From assembly GCA_964586695.1 (NCBI GenBank), contig CAZPGQ010000002.1, positions 6,337 through 70,336 on the forward strand: 64,000 bases of DNA, written 5' to 3'. Positions 51,010-61,119 of this stretch are shown piece by piece. The DNA comes from an uncultured Candidatus Saccharibacteria bacterium. Lineage in GTDB: Bacteria > Patescibacteriota > Minisyncoccia > Phycocordibacterales > DATDWN01. The stretch's first letter is position 1, and the number at the start of each line of letters is the position of its first letter. Below the pieces are notes generated by a model. The model had not been told where the DNA came from and made no database searches. It worked only from the letters and a program-made list of their open reading frames with translations. The position numbers were made by a program, and so were the translations under genes.

Positions 51010-52092
51010 TTATTTAATGAATTTAAATGTGGAGAGAATTTTATCAAAAAACTCCTGATTATTTTCTGGATGTATATAGAAAACATGTGTAACATCTTCG
51101 ACGGTATGAGATACTATTCTATAAAAACTATAATGGGTTGGAATTGTATACTCATAATCAAAAATTGTCCATTTAATGTTATTTATAATTGATTCTTTTT
51201 CAGCAATTTTTTTACCTCCAAATACTAATAACTTACTAGTGTTTTTAATAATCGAAAAAGTTGTTAAAGATCGACTAAGTCCACCATTATCTACTCCAAC
51301 ATCCATCCTAAATAGGATATCCTGGTTATTTATTAAATTATCGATTTCAATATCTTCTATATAAGGATCATTAAATACCGGATACTTAAACTCAAATCCA
51401 TACTCCTCATTTCGATAAGTATTCCAGTTAGAAATGTCAGTAGTTGTTGAGTTAAAAAATTTAAATGTTGAGAGAATCTTAATTATATATTTATCATAAT
51501 CATAAAATGAGTTACCGTTCTGATAGAACTTAGATACTTCAAACTTAAACACATTTTTATTATCTGAAAAATAGTATGAAAATCCATCACTTCCATCTGC
51601 ACTGTTTATACTTTTTACTACACTATTACCATTGATTATTAATTTTGATTTTGAATCAATAAACTCTGTATTGTAATTTTCTAACCATTTATCAATATTC
51701 ATTCCATTAGAATCTGTGATTGAAACATATATGCCCTTATAAGGTTTATTTAGATCTTGCATATCTATAACCCTAAACAAATCTTCCTTGCCATCAATAG
51801 TCCAATCTTTTGGGTACTTAAACTCAAATCCATACTGTTCATTTCTATATGTTTTCCAATTACTAACATCACTACTGGATTCTACAACATTGTAAGGTTT
51901 TAAAGAATATGCACATTTAGGACCTAGCTCATAACCCAAATAATCCTCCTCAAAACAAGGGTTATTAAAAACTACAAAACCGATTACGACCATAATTAAT
52001 ACAATTAATACAAAAAGTGAGGCGACAATTATTATGAACTTACGATTGTTTTTATGTTCTGGTGGTAGAGCTAAAGGAGTTTGTGGTTCCAT
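51010..52092 (-). CDS. Membrane-anchored protein with two PsbP-like domains
   Basis: TM; SNWKTYRNEQYGFEFKYP and SNWNTYRNEEYGFEFKYP, each domain ending KILSTFKF. Confidence 0.75.
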   Translation of the reverse strand: MEPQTPLALPPEHKNNRKFIIIVASLFVLIVLIMVVIGFVVFNNPCFEEDYLGYELGPKCAYSLKPYNVVESSSDVSNWKTYRNEQYGFEFKYPKDWTIDGKEDLFRVIDMQDLNKPYKGIYVSITDSNGMNIDKWLENYNTEFIDSKSKLIINGNSVVKSINSADGSDGFSYYFSDNKNVFKFEVSKFYQNGNSFYDYDKYIIKILSTFKFFNSTTTDISNWNTYRNEEYGFEFKYPVFNDPYIEDIEIDNLINNQDILFRMDVGVDNGGLSRSLTTFSIIKNTSKLLVFGGKKIAEKESIINNIKWTIFDYEYTIPTHYSFYRIVSHTVEDVTHVFYIHPENNQEFFDKILSTFKFIK

Positions 52093-52099
52093 ATATTAA

Positions 52100-53494
52100 T
52101 TATACATCCAATTTGTATGAGACTCCACGTTCAGGATAAATAGCATCAACCTCAAGTTCGTCTCGGAGTCTTTGAGAAAGATATGTCGAAGATTTTGGCT
52201 CACCCATTACCACAAAAACTTTCTTTACTGTCTTTGCTGTGTTTTCTACCAGTCCAACTATTCCATCTGAATCCTTGTGAGAAGAGTAGCCAGATATCAT
52301 TTCTATTCTCGCCCTTACTGGGATCATTTGACCTTTTATTTCTATCTCTTTTGGTTTGTCTTGTATCCGTCTGCCCAGAGTCCCAATAGCTTGGTAGCCC
52401 ATAAGTAGCACAGTGCTTTTTGGATCAGGTAAGAAATGTAACTCATGCCACACCACTCGCCCACCGGATGACATACCTGAGCCAGCGATAACTATCTTTG
52501 GACTTTCTGCTCGCTCTATTTCCTGTGAGTCTCTAGAACCATGAGTGATGGTGAGTTTTGGAAAGTTGAAAATGTTGTCACCACCTTTTATTTCTTTTTG
52601 TACTCCATCGTTAAAATCCTTTATATGCTGAGCATAAATATTTGTAACTTTCTGACCAAGTGGAGAGTCCAGATATATAGGAACAGATGGTATTTTTTTA
52701 TCCTCTACCAGATTATTTAACTCATAAAGTATTACCTGAGTTCGTTCTATAGAAAATGCAGGTATAACAAGAGTTCCCCCACTCTGGATTGTCTCTGTGA
52801 CTATCTGTCTGAAACGTGCGTCTCTTTCTTCTTTTGACTCATGATTTCTATCCCCATAAACACTATCAACGATAAGATAGTCTGCATCGGTTATGGCTTC
52901 TGTATCTTTGAGTAGAGGTGTTGGAGAATTACCTGAGTCACCAGTGAAAACTATTTTCTTGCCATTATATTTAAACTCATACATAGAAGAACCAAGTATA
53001 TGTCCAGCATCCTTCAGATAAACAGAGAAATCTTCTCCAACTTTTGTTTCTGTGTGATATGGAATAGTTTTCCAAAGTGAAAAAGCTGTGTCGAGGTCAG
53101 CCAAAGTATAAAGCGGTTCTTCGGCAACTTTGTCCTGTGGGGCATTTAATCCCAGCTGTTTTGCATTCATTTCCATGACCTTTAGTGCGTCAGCAAGCAT
53201 TGGCATAGCTATTTCTTTTGTTTCTGGAGTTGAATATATAGTTCCACGGAAACCCTCTCTTACTATCTTCCCCACTCTTCCTATGTGGTCGAGATGAGCA
53301 TGAGTTATAAAAAGAAAATCCACAGATTTAACATCATAGTCAAAAGGTTTTTTATTTTCATCAAAAGCGTCTGGCGTTCCCTGAAGTAAACCGCAATCTA
53401 CAGCAATTTTTGTCTTTGGTGATTCCAAAAGAAAGTTAGCACCTGTCACTGTTCCAACTCCTCCATAAAAAGTTATTCTCAAATTATCGCTCAT
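52100..53494 (-). CDS. MBL-fold beta-CASP ribonuclease (YSH1-like)
   Basis: THAHLDHIG, AGHILGS, FTGD, GSGMSSGGR and YSSHKD. Confidence 0.92.
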   Translation of the reverse strand: MSDNLRITFYGGVGTVTGANFLLESPKTKIAVDCGLLQGTPDAFDENKKPFDYDVKSVDFLFITHAHLDHIGRVGKIVREGFRGTIYSTPETKEIAMPMLADALKVMEMNAKQLGLNAPQDKVAEEPLYTLADLDTAFSLWKTIPYHTETKVGEDFSVYLKDAGHILGSSMYEFKYNGKKIVFTGDSGNSPTPLLKDTEAITDADYLIVDSVYGDRNHESKEERDARFRQIVTETIQSGGTLVIPAFSIERTQVILYELNNLVEDKKIPSVPIYLDSPLGQKVTNIYAQHIKDFNDGVQKEIKGGDNIFNFPKLTITHGSRDSQEIERAESPKIVIAGSGMSSGGRVVWHELHFLPDPKSTVLLMGYQAIGTLGRRIQDKPKEIEIKGQMIPVRARIEMISGYSSHKDSDGIVGLVENTAKTVKKVFVVMGEPKSSTYLSQRLRDELEVDAIYPERGVSYKLDV

Positions 53495-53885
53495 TTGTTT
53501 TTATAAATTTAAGTGAATATAAGATACCAACATAACCTCCGAAAAGATCCATGATTATATCAAAGATAGTATCTTTGATATAAGAAGCCCCATCTGACAA
53601 AAAAGTGATGTCAGCATAAATTTCAAAAAATTCCCAACCAACTCCAACAACCAACACGGAAAGCAAAAACAAACCTATAGCTTTTGCTTTATTTTGAGTA
53701 AATAGAGAAAAATAATAACACAAAATAGCAAAAGCCATTGATACAGCAAATCCTCCACCAAAGTGCATTAGCTTATCAAACCACCAGTAGTTCCAAGACA
53801 GATACAATTTTTCATCCACAAAATAGAAAAAGGCTATTACTAGCAATAAAGATACAAGTCTTTTAAAAAGTCTCTTTTGAAACAT
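53484..53885 (-). CDS. Membrane protein (VanZ/DUF2238-like)
   Basis: WFDKLMHFGGG, VGWEFFE and DTIFDIIMDLFG. Confidence 0.7.
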   Translation of the reverse strand: MFQKRLFKRLVSLLLVIAFFYFVDEKLYLSWNYWWFDKLMHFGGGFAVSMAFAILCYYFSLFTQNKAKAIGLFLLSVLVVGVGWEFFEIYADITFLSDGASYIKDTIFDIIMDLFGGYVGILYSLKFIKTNER

Positions 53886-53943
53886 GGATTTATTGTAACC
53901 TAAAAATGCCATAAACTAAAACATCCACATTGAAGTGGATGGT

Positions 53944-54098
53944 CTAGTGGGATCACAGACGATATTTCCCTACCGAAAAAGTAGGTGGGTGCCCGCAAAT
54001 GTATTCGTCAGAACCAAAAATAAATCAGGCTCATCGTGACACAAAGATATAAGGCTCCCGAAATGTTATTTAGGAGGAAAATATCATGAGTGACCCTG
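53944..54098 (-). ncRNA. ssrS: Probable 6S RNA
   Basis: Rod-like pairing GGGTCAC/GTGATCCC and GATATTTTCC/GGAAATATC; GGGAGCC...GGCACCCACC motifs like Firmicutes 6S; TATAAT at 54109-54104 just upstream; terminator hairpin ~53921-53943. Confidence 0.7.
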
Positions 54099-54159
54099 GT
54101 AACATTATAACTCTGTTTTTTTGCTACGGAACTTGCAGGAATTACAAAATGGGTTGGAA

Positions 54160-54762
54160 TTATTCTAGAATACCGTCTAGATTTACATCGTACAGTATCT
54201 GCTCCTGAACAAGACGGTAATTTATCATTTCCTCTGGCTTGAACCAGTGTTTTATCTCATCTTCTGCATCTTTTGCTGAACCAGAACAATGCAAGACATT
54301 TCTGATAGATCTCTCATCTGCATCTGACATAGCATATGAATCCAAAACAAAATCCCCTCTTATTGTACCTACATCTGAAGAAAGAGGTTCTGTACCGCCA
54401 GTAATTTTTTTAACAATTTTTTGTGCATGTGCACCCTCCAACACCATAGCAACAAGAGGTCCGGAAGTCATGAACGGCCAAAGTTTATTGAGAAGTTTTT
54501 CTGTTACTTCTAAAGGGTCATTTGTTGGAGGAGTTAACCCCTTATCCAAATATCCTTTTATTGTTTTCTCTCCAGTTATACGTCTCCACTCTGGATCAAG
54601 TGTGTAATGCTTTATGATTTGCTCTTTATCAGCAACGATCATTTTCATAGCAACTAATTTCAACCCCACTCTTTCAAAACGAGAAATGACTTCACCAATC
54701 AGGCCCCTCTGTACTCCGTCTGGCTTTACTGCCACAAAAGTTCTTTCTTTTTTTGGATGCAT
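54160..54762 (-). CDS. ndk: Nucleoside diphosphate kinase (long variant)
   Basis: ERTFVAVKPDGVQRGL, GTIRGDF and RNVLHCSGS. Confidence 0.95.
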   Translation of the reverse strand: MHPKKERTFVAVKPDGVQRGLIGEVISRFERVGLKLVAMKMIVADKEQIIKHYTLDPEWRRITGEKTIKGYLDKGLTPPTNDPLEVTEKLLNKLWPFMTSGPLVAMVLEGAHAQKIVKKITGGTEPLSSDVGTIRGDFVLDSYAMSDADERSIRNVLHCSGSAKDAEDEIKHWFKPEEMINYRLVQEQILYDVNLDGILE

Positions 54763-54769
54763 ATCTTTA

Positions 54770-55540
54770 TTATTTAGTTAATATTATGGGATCTCCTTCT
54801 GTGATGGCGACTGTATGTTCAAAGTGAGCAGCATTAGTTCCATCTGCTGTTTTATATGTATAACCATCACGAGCAAGAACTATTTTATCTGTACCCAAAG
54901 TAAGCATAGGTTCTATCGCAATAACCATTCCAGGCTTTAACAATTCTCCTGTGCCTTTCTTTCCTTCATTTGGTACATATGGGTCTTCGTGAACTTTATA
55001 TCCCACACCATGTCCAGCCAAGCCTTCTGAAAGACCGTAACCCAAACCCCTGGCGAATGTTCCTATTGCCTCCCCTATATCACCAACCCTAGAGCCCCCT
55101 CTGGCGGCCTTAATTCCGAGGTACAAAGCCTCTTTTGTGTGCTCTAGCAACTTTCTATCTTCCTCTAGAACACTGCCAACTGGCACCGTTATAGCACTGT
55201 CTGTAATAAGTCCTTGATGAACCAGACCGAGATCCAGAGAAACGATGTCACCATCCTGCAAAATAAGAGGATCTTCATTTGGTATTCCGTGAACTATTTC
55301 ATTGTTTACAGAAACACATAGTGCTGCTGGATAAGGTCTTTTTGCACCGTGTGGTGTGTAGTTCAAAAATGCAGCAGTGTCCCCACCTTCATGAATTAAT
55401 TTTTGCGCATAGTCTTCTAGATGCTGTGTCGAAACTCCCGGAGCTACCTTTTTTGCAACTTCAGCAAGAATATATGCGTGGCGTTTGCCACCCTCTCTCA
55501 TTATCTCTATTTCCTCCTGTGTTTTTATATTTATAGCCAT
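54770..55540 (-). CDS. map: Methionine aminopeptidase type I
   Basis: CVSVNNEIVHGIP, DLG...DSA, GHGVG...HEDP, AIEPM and AHFEHT. Confidence 0.96.
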   Translation of the reverse strand: MAINIKTQEEIEIMREGGKRHAYILAEVAKKVAPGVSTQHLEDYAQKLIHEGGDTAAFLNYTPHGAKRPYPAALCVSVNNEIVHGIPNEDPLILQDGDIVSLDLGLVHQGLITDSAITVPVGSVLEEDRKLLEHTKEALYLGIKAARGGSRVGDIGEAIGTFARGLGYGLSEGLAGHGVGYKVHEDPYVPNEGKKGTGELLKPGMVIAIEPMLTLGTDKIVLARDGYTYKTADGTNAAHFEHTVAITEGDPIILTK

Positions 55541-55541
55541 T

Positions 55542-56132
55542 TTATAATCCAAGTTTAGACATCAACTCTTTGTTCACCTCTACGATAGACTGTTCACCAT
55601 TTACAGTTATAAAGTTGTAAAATTCATTATTCTTAAAATACTCTACTGCAGAAAGTACATTATTCTCAAACCAATCCAATCTTTTTTCAATTTGCTCCAA
55701 CTTATCATCTCCTCTTTCTCTTGCGAGCAACTTTTCTCTTGCCCACTCACGAGAAACTTCAATCATAATCACATACGGCTTTTCCCTGTTATAAAACTTC
55801 ATTGCAGAATTAAGTATTGGCGCCTCATGTGCTCGCCTAGAAAGACCGTCGAGTATCATATGTTCATCACCACTAACATGTCTAACAAAATATTCTGACC
55901 AAAGCCAAATAGGCAAGAACTCTGGAAGAAGACCCCCACCATCAATTAACTCTTTCGTCTTCATAGATGTAAATGAAGCCTCTGTCATAAACTCTCGAAA
56001 GCGTCTACCAGTTTCAATATATAAAGTCTTTCTTTCCGGATCAACACTTTGTAAATGATCGATAAGAATTCTTGCTTGTGTTCCCTTTCCGGCTCCTGAT
56101 GGACCGAAAAATATGAAAGTTTTTGGTGTCAT
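55542..56132 (-). CDS. adk: Adenylate kinase family protein
   Basis: GPSGAGKGTQA, ILDGLSR and RERGDD; located between secY and map. Confidence 0.88.
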   Translation of the reverse strand: MTPKTFIFFGPSGAGKGTQARILIDHLQSVDPERKTLYIETGRRFREFMTEASFTSMKTKELIDGGGLLPEFLPIWLWSEYFVRHVSGDEHMILDGLSRRAHEAPILNSAMKFYNREKPYVIMIEVSREWAREKLLARERGDDKLEQIEKRLDWFENNVLSAVEYFKNNEFYNFITVNGEQSIVEVNKELMSKLGL

Positions 56133-56195
56133 AAGATGAGTATAGCAAAATTTATACAAACGATAAACGACGGCCACTCCTCCAAGTGGACGTCG

Positions 56196-57176
56196 TTAGA
56201 AACGAATTTCAGACTGAACTGCTTTGCCATTCCAAGGGACTTCTTCTCGAGGAATATCGAAGAGGCCGTACTGGAAGTGTGGACCCACCCAGACACCTAG
56301 GGCTGGGACTGACAAAAGATCCCCGAGGTCTGCTGGTCGAACAACTGGTTCGACGATAGTTTCTTCCGTTTTTGGCACGATGACCGCATGCGGAAGAATC
56401 TCGAGGTTAACCTGTACGGGGTTTCTCCGCCACAGAGGGACTCTCGTCAGAAAACCGACAATCTCCTTGAACCGCTTTACTTGTTCGTAGGAAATGGAAG
56501 CTTCCCTTTCGAGTAGTGAGTGATGGAGTCTCTCAGCCCACTTTCGGTGACCAGCAGATTCGAAGCGGAACTTTTCAGGTCCATCGTTCCATGCAGATCG
56601 CCAACTACGAGCCATGAACGAAAGCTCGTGTGGCACAATCTCACAGGATCCAACCAGCGAAGCCAGCCTCTGGGCCAACTGCCAGTCGGTGTCTGTGTAC
56701 AGGAAGTACTTGTGGTGGTCACCTTTAGTCCTAGACTCACCAGAAATACTCGGCCCTGGAAAATATGGAACCAACTGCCAACGAAGAGCTATGCAACCCT
56801 TTATGACAGTTTGACGGTACAGATAAGTCAGCTTCTCAGGATGCAGACCTTGTCTTATCTTCCTTTGCAGACTCTTGGCCTTGAACAGGAAGTCACCAAT
56901 CGGAGTTCCGGCAGAATACTCTACATTTTTCCGACTGGAGAATTTACGAGCCCAATAGTCGAGCTCCGCAAGCAGGTCACTGTCTGACAGAAGTGTAACC
57001 TGCGGTAGGTAGTACAGACGAACCTCGTCGGACTTTTCAGGGTCAGACTTTGGGTCGTAGTCTGGGAATAGTGCTTGTAGCCTTTTCCCAAACTTAGTAT
57101 TTTCCTTTGCTGGTGTCGGGGTAATATTTCGTAAAGCCTTCATGGGCGATACGAAAGACAAAACTCTCGCAGCCAT
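56196..57176 (-). CDS. Orphan hypothetical protein (326 aa) inserted between secY and adk
   Basis: AGAGG SD before MAARVLSF; visibly GC-richer than flanks; hairpin 56167-56196 at the stop. Confidence 0.65.
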   Translation of the reverse strand: MAARVLSFVSPMKALRNITPTPAKENTKFGKRLQALFPDYDPKSDPEKSDEVRLYYLPQVTLLSDSDLLAELDYWARKFSSRKNVEYSAGTPIGDFLFKAKSLQRKIRQGLHPEKLTYLYRQTVIKGCIALRWQLVPYFPGPSISGESRTKGDHHKYFLYTDTDWQLAQRLASLVGSCEIVPHELSFMARSWRSAWNDGPEKFRFESAGHRKWAERLHHSLLEREASISYEQVKRFKEIVGFLTRVPLWRRNPVQVNLEILPHAVIVPKTEETIVEPVVRPADLGDLLSVPALGVWVGPHFQYGLFDIPREEVPWNGKAVQSEIRF

Positions 57177-57234
57177 GAAAACCTCTTTCTGAAATTCGTG
57201 TGAAGAACAGCCTGAATGAATGTTAAACAAACAC

Positions 57235-57276
57235 AAAAACAGTGTCAAAGAATTTTCGTTCTTTGACACTGTTTTT
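57235..57276. terminator. Perfect 18-bp inverted repeat downstream of secY (terminator; TTGACA in each arm)
   Basis: AAAAACAGTGTCAAAGAA-TTTTCG-TTCTTTGACACTGTTTTT. Confidence 0.75.
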
Positions 57277-57300
57277 GATTTTCCGCAATGCTGTGTTCAA

Positions 57301-57426
57301 AATTCTGAGGATTTTTGTTGAAGTTCGAAGTTTGCAGATTTTACTTTCGACCAAGCTGTACACTGAGTACTGCGCGTGGAGGAAGTAAAATCGAGAACAA
57401 AGAAATTCGGCGAAAAGACCAGAATT
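57301..57426 (-). repeat. ~126-bp imperfect palindrome starting at the secY stop codon (same family as 50856-50979)
   Basis: AATTCTG...CAGAATT ends; GATTTTACTTTC/GGAAGTAAAATC inner stem. Confidence 0.65.
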
Positions 57427-58696
57427 AATATTCTCGGATAGAAACTTGTGCATCAACTCGCTTAATCAGGTCGATTACCACTGATACAACGATAAGCAAT
57501 GCTGTACCACCAACTGAAACTGCTGTGATTCCTGTAACACCTCGCATAATAAGAGGTAGAACTGCAATGAAACCTAGGAACAACGCGCCAACTAAAGTTA
57601 GTCGAGTAAGTATTCGAGCAATATGTTCTGAAGTTGATTTTCCTGGTCGAACTCCTGGAATAAACGCTCCGTTCTTCTGTAGGTTAGTTGAAATCTGATC
57701 TGGATCAAATGTAACTGCTGTGTAGAAATATGTGAAGATAAACACAAGCAAGAAATATGCAATAGCGTAGAACCAACTGTTAGCAAGAACTGTTAGGACT
57801 GCAGATGAAATTGTTTGAACTATTGAGTTAGAAGAGTTTTCCAAGAATCTCAAAATCATCTGTGGGAAAAGAAGAATAGAAAGTGCAAAGATAATTGGGA
57901 TAACTCCTGCTTGGTTTATTCGTAGTGGTAGGTATGTAGATGTTCCACCGTATACCCTGTTTCCTCTTACCTGCTTTGCATATGTAACTGGTATTGGTCT
58001 TTCTGCTTCTGTGATGATAACCACTGCAACAATAACAATAACTGCAATAACTGCGAATGCTAGATAAACAGGAATCTGTGATGGATCAAATGAGAAAGCT
58101 AACTGTGAAATTACTGTAGGAAGAGACGCTACGATACCAGAGAAAATAATCAGACTCATTCCGTTTCCAATACCGTACTCTGTGATTAGTTCACCAACCC
58201 ACATCAACAGAACTGATCCAGCTGTTATTACTAAAATATTTGTAACCAAAGCAAGAGGAGGAAGGTGTGCTATTACACTCTGACTCTCTAGAAGTTTTAT
58301 AAAACTGAAAGACTGAAGTACAGCAAGAGGAACAGTGATTAATCTAGAATATTGCGCGAACTTCATTCTTCCTGCCTCACCTTCTTCCTGATACATCTCC
58401 TTTAGTCGTGGAGACATGATAGTCAAAAGTTGCATTATGATAGACCCTGTAATGTAAGGACCTACTCCAAGCATCACTATAGAAAGCTGTGAAAGTCCTC
58501 CTCCAGAGAAAATGTTAAGCAAACCAAAAAACTCATTACTTGTAAAAAACTGTGCAAGTCTTCCACGATCAACTCCTGGAACAGGAATAGAAGCTAAAAC
58601 TCTAAAAAGAGCTAAAGCAAAAAGTGTGAAAAATATTCTTCGTCTCAGGATTCTATCTGCAAAGACGAGTGAAAATTTATTAAAGAATTCTTTCAT
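57425..58696 (-). CDS. secY: Preprotein translocase subunit SecY
   Basis: LGVGPYITGSII, GIGNGMSLIIF, FIPGVRPG and GGTALLIVV. Confidence 0.97.
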   Translation of the reverse strand: MKEFFNKFSLVFADRILRRRIFFTLFALALFRVLASIPVPGVDRGRLAQFFTSNEFFGLLNIFSGGGLSQLSIVMLGVGPYITGSIIMQLLTIMSPRLKEMYQEEGEAGRMKFAQYSRLITVPLAVLQSFSFIKLLESQSVIAHLPPLALVTNILVITAGSVLLMWVGELITEYGIGNGMSLIIFSGIVASLPTVISQLAFSFDPSQIPVYLAFAVIAVIVIVAVVIITEAERPIPVTYAKQVRGNRVYGGTSTYLPLRINQAGVIPIIFALSILLFPQMILRFLENSSNSIVQTISSAVLTVLANSWFYAIAYFLLVFIFTYFYTAVTFDPDQISTNLQKNGAFIPGVRPGKSTSEHIARILTRLTLVGALFLGFIAVLPLIMRGVTGITAVSVGGTALLIVVSVVIDLIKRVDAQVSIREY

Positions 58697-58701
58697 AGTA
58701 T

Positions 58702-59142
58702 TTATTTTACACTACCACCAGCTTTCTCGATAGCAGTCTTAGCAGTAGCTGAGACAAGACATCCTTCAAAACTTAGTTTTTTATCTAGTGCTCCTGTTGC
58801 CAAAATCTTTACCTTTGGAAGGTTTCCTTTAGACATTGTTAGTACGTTGTACTTTACCAATGATTCTGGAGAAACAACATCTCCGTTTTTACATAGTTTG
58901 TTCAATAGACCCAAGTTTACTGTAGAGAATTTTGACTGGATACTTGTGTTCAAGTTCTTTCCTCGTCCTCGAAGCTTTGGAAGTCTCTTTATGAAGTCTC
59001 GGATTTCTGGTCGCTTCTTGTGACCTGCTCGAGCATTCTGTCCCTTTGTACCTCGTCCAGAAGTTTTTCCACGAGTTCCACCTCTTCCCATCTGTCGGTG
59101 CTTCTTGTTCTTTGTTACTCTTTTTAGTTCGTGACTTTGCAT
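58702..59142 (-). CDS. rplO: 50S ribosomal protein L15
   Basis: GRGGTRGKTSGRGTKGQNAR; AIEKAGG. Confidence 0.96.
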   Translation of the reverse strand: MQSHELKRVTKNKKHRQMGRGGTRGKTSGRGTKGQNARAGHKKRPEIRDFIKRLPKLRGRGKNLNTSIQSKFSTVNLGLLNKLCKNGDVVSPESLVKYNVLTMSKGNLPKVKILATGALDKKLSFEGCLVSATAKTAIEKAGGSVK

Positions 59143-59153
59143 ATATTTTTAAA

Positions 59154-59735
59154 TTATTTAGCTGGCTTCAACATCTGAAGAGCTTTTATTGTAGCCTTTG
59201 CGTTGTTTATCTTGTTCTTTGATCTTGAGAAAAACTTAGCACTAACCTCTTTGATTCCTGCCATCTCTAGAACAACACGAGCAGATGAACCTGCTAGAAC
59301 TCCCTTTCCTGGAGCTCTCATGATAAGAACTTGTGATCCAGAAAACTTTGCCTTTACATCATGTGGAACTGAACCATGCTTTGTTAAGTTCACCTTGATC
59401 ATATTCTTTCGAGCGTCTCGAACTGCTTTGTCGATAGCGACAGGAGTGTCTCCAGCCTTACCCATTCCAACTCCAACTCTTCCTTTGTGATCACCAATAA
59501 CTACACCAACTGAAAATGAGAATCTTCGTCCTCCAGTAACAACACGAGTCACTCTTCGGATTCCGATAAGTTTCTGATCGAATTCAGGTTTAACACGAGC
59601 CTCTCTTCTTGGAGCGCCTTTTCGTGAGTTCTTCTTGAACTCTCTTCCTCCTCGGTTATCCTGTGCAGGAATAGTAGCCTCTACTGGTAGAGTTGTTGCT
59701 GTAACTTCTTCTGTTTTTATTACGTCTGTATCCAT
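59154..59735 (-). CDS. rpsE: 30S ribosomal protein S5
   Basis: RRVTRVVTGGRRFSF and GRVGVGMGKA. Confidence 0.96.
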   Translation of the reverse strand: MDTDVIKTEEVTATTLPVEATIPAQDNRGGREFKKNSRKGAPRREARVKPEFDQKLIGIRRVTRVVTGGRRFSFSVGVVIGDHKGRVGVGMGKAGDTPVAIDKAVRDARKNMIKVNLTKHGSVPHDVKAKFSGSQVLIMRAPGKGVLAGSSARVVLEMAGIKEVSAKFFSRSKNKINNAKATIKALQMLKPAK

Positions 59736-59744
59736 ATGTTTTTA

Positions 59745-60095
59745 TTAAAACTTAAGTCCTCCAGCTCTTGCTCCATCAGCCAAAGCTTTAACTGCACCTG
59801 TATAAATAAATCCTCCTCGATCAAAAACTATCTTCTCGACTTTTAATGCGATAGCTTTCTTTGCCATTTCTTCACCAACCTTTACTGACTTCTCCATCAT
59901 TCCCTTTCCTTTTACATCTCGTGAGTGAACAGAAGCAAGAGTCTTACCACTTGAGTCATCAATAAGCTGAGCAGAGATATGCTTGTTTGATTTGAAAATA
60001 GAAAGACGTGGCATTTCTTTTGTACCAGAAATCTTTGATCGTATTCGAGCATGTCGTCTTGTTCTACTTGCTACTTTTGAGTTTGTTGTTTTCAT
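59745..60095 (-). CDS. rplR: 50S ribosomal protein L18
   Basis: PRLSIFKSNKHI and FDRGGFIYTG; start at MKTTNSK. Confidence 0.95.
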   Translation of the reverse strand: MKTTNSKVASRTRRHARIRSKISGTKEMPRLSIFKSNKHISAQLIDDSSGKTLASVHSRDVKGKGMMEKSVKVGEEMAKKAIALKVEKIVFDRGGFIYTGAVKALADGARAGGLKF

Positions 60096-60111
60096 AATTT
60101 TATTTTGGAGA

Positions 60112-60645
60112 TTATGCTGTCTTCTTACCTTGCTTTCGTTTAATAACCTCACCATCGTATCTCATTCCCTTACCCTTGTATGGTTCAGGCTTCTTCATAG
60201 ATCGTAAGTTTGCAGCAAATTCACCGACAACTTCTTTATCAATTCCAGAAACTGTTATAACGTTCTTCTCTGCTGTAACTTTCAAAGTAGCTGGGATAGG
60301 TACATTTACTGGGTGTGAGAAACCAAGAGCAAGAACAAGGTTAGTTCCCTTTACTTCTGACTTGTATCCAATACCTTCTAGAATAAGTTTCTTTACAAAA
60401 GGAGTTGTAACACCTGCCACCATGTTCATAACATGAGAAGCATATGTTCCCCAAAGTGCTCGGTTTTCAAGAGACATTGTCTTTGGAGCTAGAGTAACGT
60501 TTCCATCTGCGATTGTTACATCGATATCATTTTTAAAATTCTTTGAAAGAGATCCTTGTGCACCTTTCACAGTCAAAACACCGTTAACTAAAGTAACTTC
60601 TGTTCCTGCTGGTATCGCTATTATTTTTTTTCCGATTCGTGACAT
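60112..60645 (-). CDS. rplF: 50S ribosomal protein L6
   Basis: MSRIGKK, LGFSHP and PEPYKGKG. Confidence 0.97.
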   Translation of the reverse strand: MSRIGKKIIAIPAGTEVTLVNGVLTVKGAQGSLSKNFKNDIDVTIADGNVTLAPKTMSLENRALWGTYASHVMNMVAGVTTPFVKKLILEGIGYKSEVKGTNLVLALGFSHPVNVPIPATLKVTAEKNVITVSGIDKEVVGEFAANLRSMKKPEPYKGKGMRYDGEVIKRKQGKKTA

Positions 60646-60659
60646 ATATTTATAATTGA

Positions 60660-61049
60660 TTACCAGATCTTAAATAAAGCCTCTCCTCCAAGGTGTGCCT
60701 CTCTAGCAGCCTTGTCTGTCATGATTCCTTTTGGAGTTGAAAGTATAAGTGCGCCATAACCATTTTTAACTTTCTTGATTTCTTTTGACTTACTGTAAAC
60801 TCGCTTTGAAGTTTTTGAAACTCTTTCTACGCCAGTTATCTTTGGACCATTAGCGTCGTATGAAAGACCAACTTCGATAAACTTTGCAACTTTCTTTCCT
60901 TTCTTTCCAAAAGATTTTATAAAACCTTCCTTCATAAGAACGTCTAGAATAGCAAGCTTTATTTTTGACTGCGGAAATACAACTGACTCTTTCTTTGAAT
61001 CAGAAGCGTTCTTTAGTCTCACTATCATGTCTGCGATTGGATCGTGCAT
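60660..61049 (-). CDS. rpsH: 30S ribosomal protein S8
   Basis: DPIADMIVRLKN and ILSTPKGIMT. Confidence 0.96.
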   Translation of the reverse strand: MHDPIADMIVRLKNASDSKKESVVFPQSKIKLAILDVLMKEGFIKSFGKKGKKVAKFIEVGLSYDANGPKITGVERVSKTSKRVYSKSKEIKKVKNGYGALILSTPKGIMTDKAAREAHLGGEALFKIW

Positions 61050-61119
61050 TTTATTTGTTATTATATCTGGGTAGTTTCTTGCTCCTAGTGGAGGAAGACT
61101 TGCCTAGACTTCTTTTATC

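Noticed and set aside
59142-59154. Missing rpmD (uL30) and no pilQ secretin as novelties
   Set aside because: Both are established CPR traits and were used only as taxonomic evidence.
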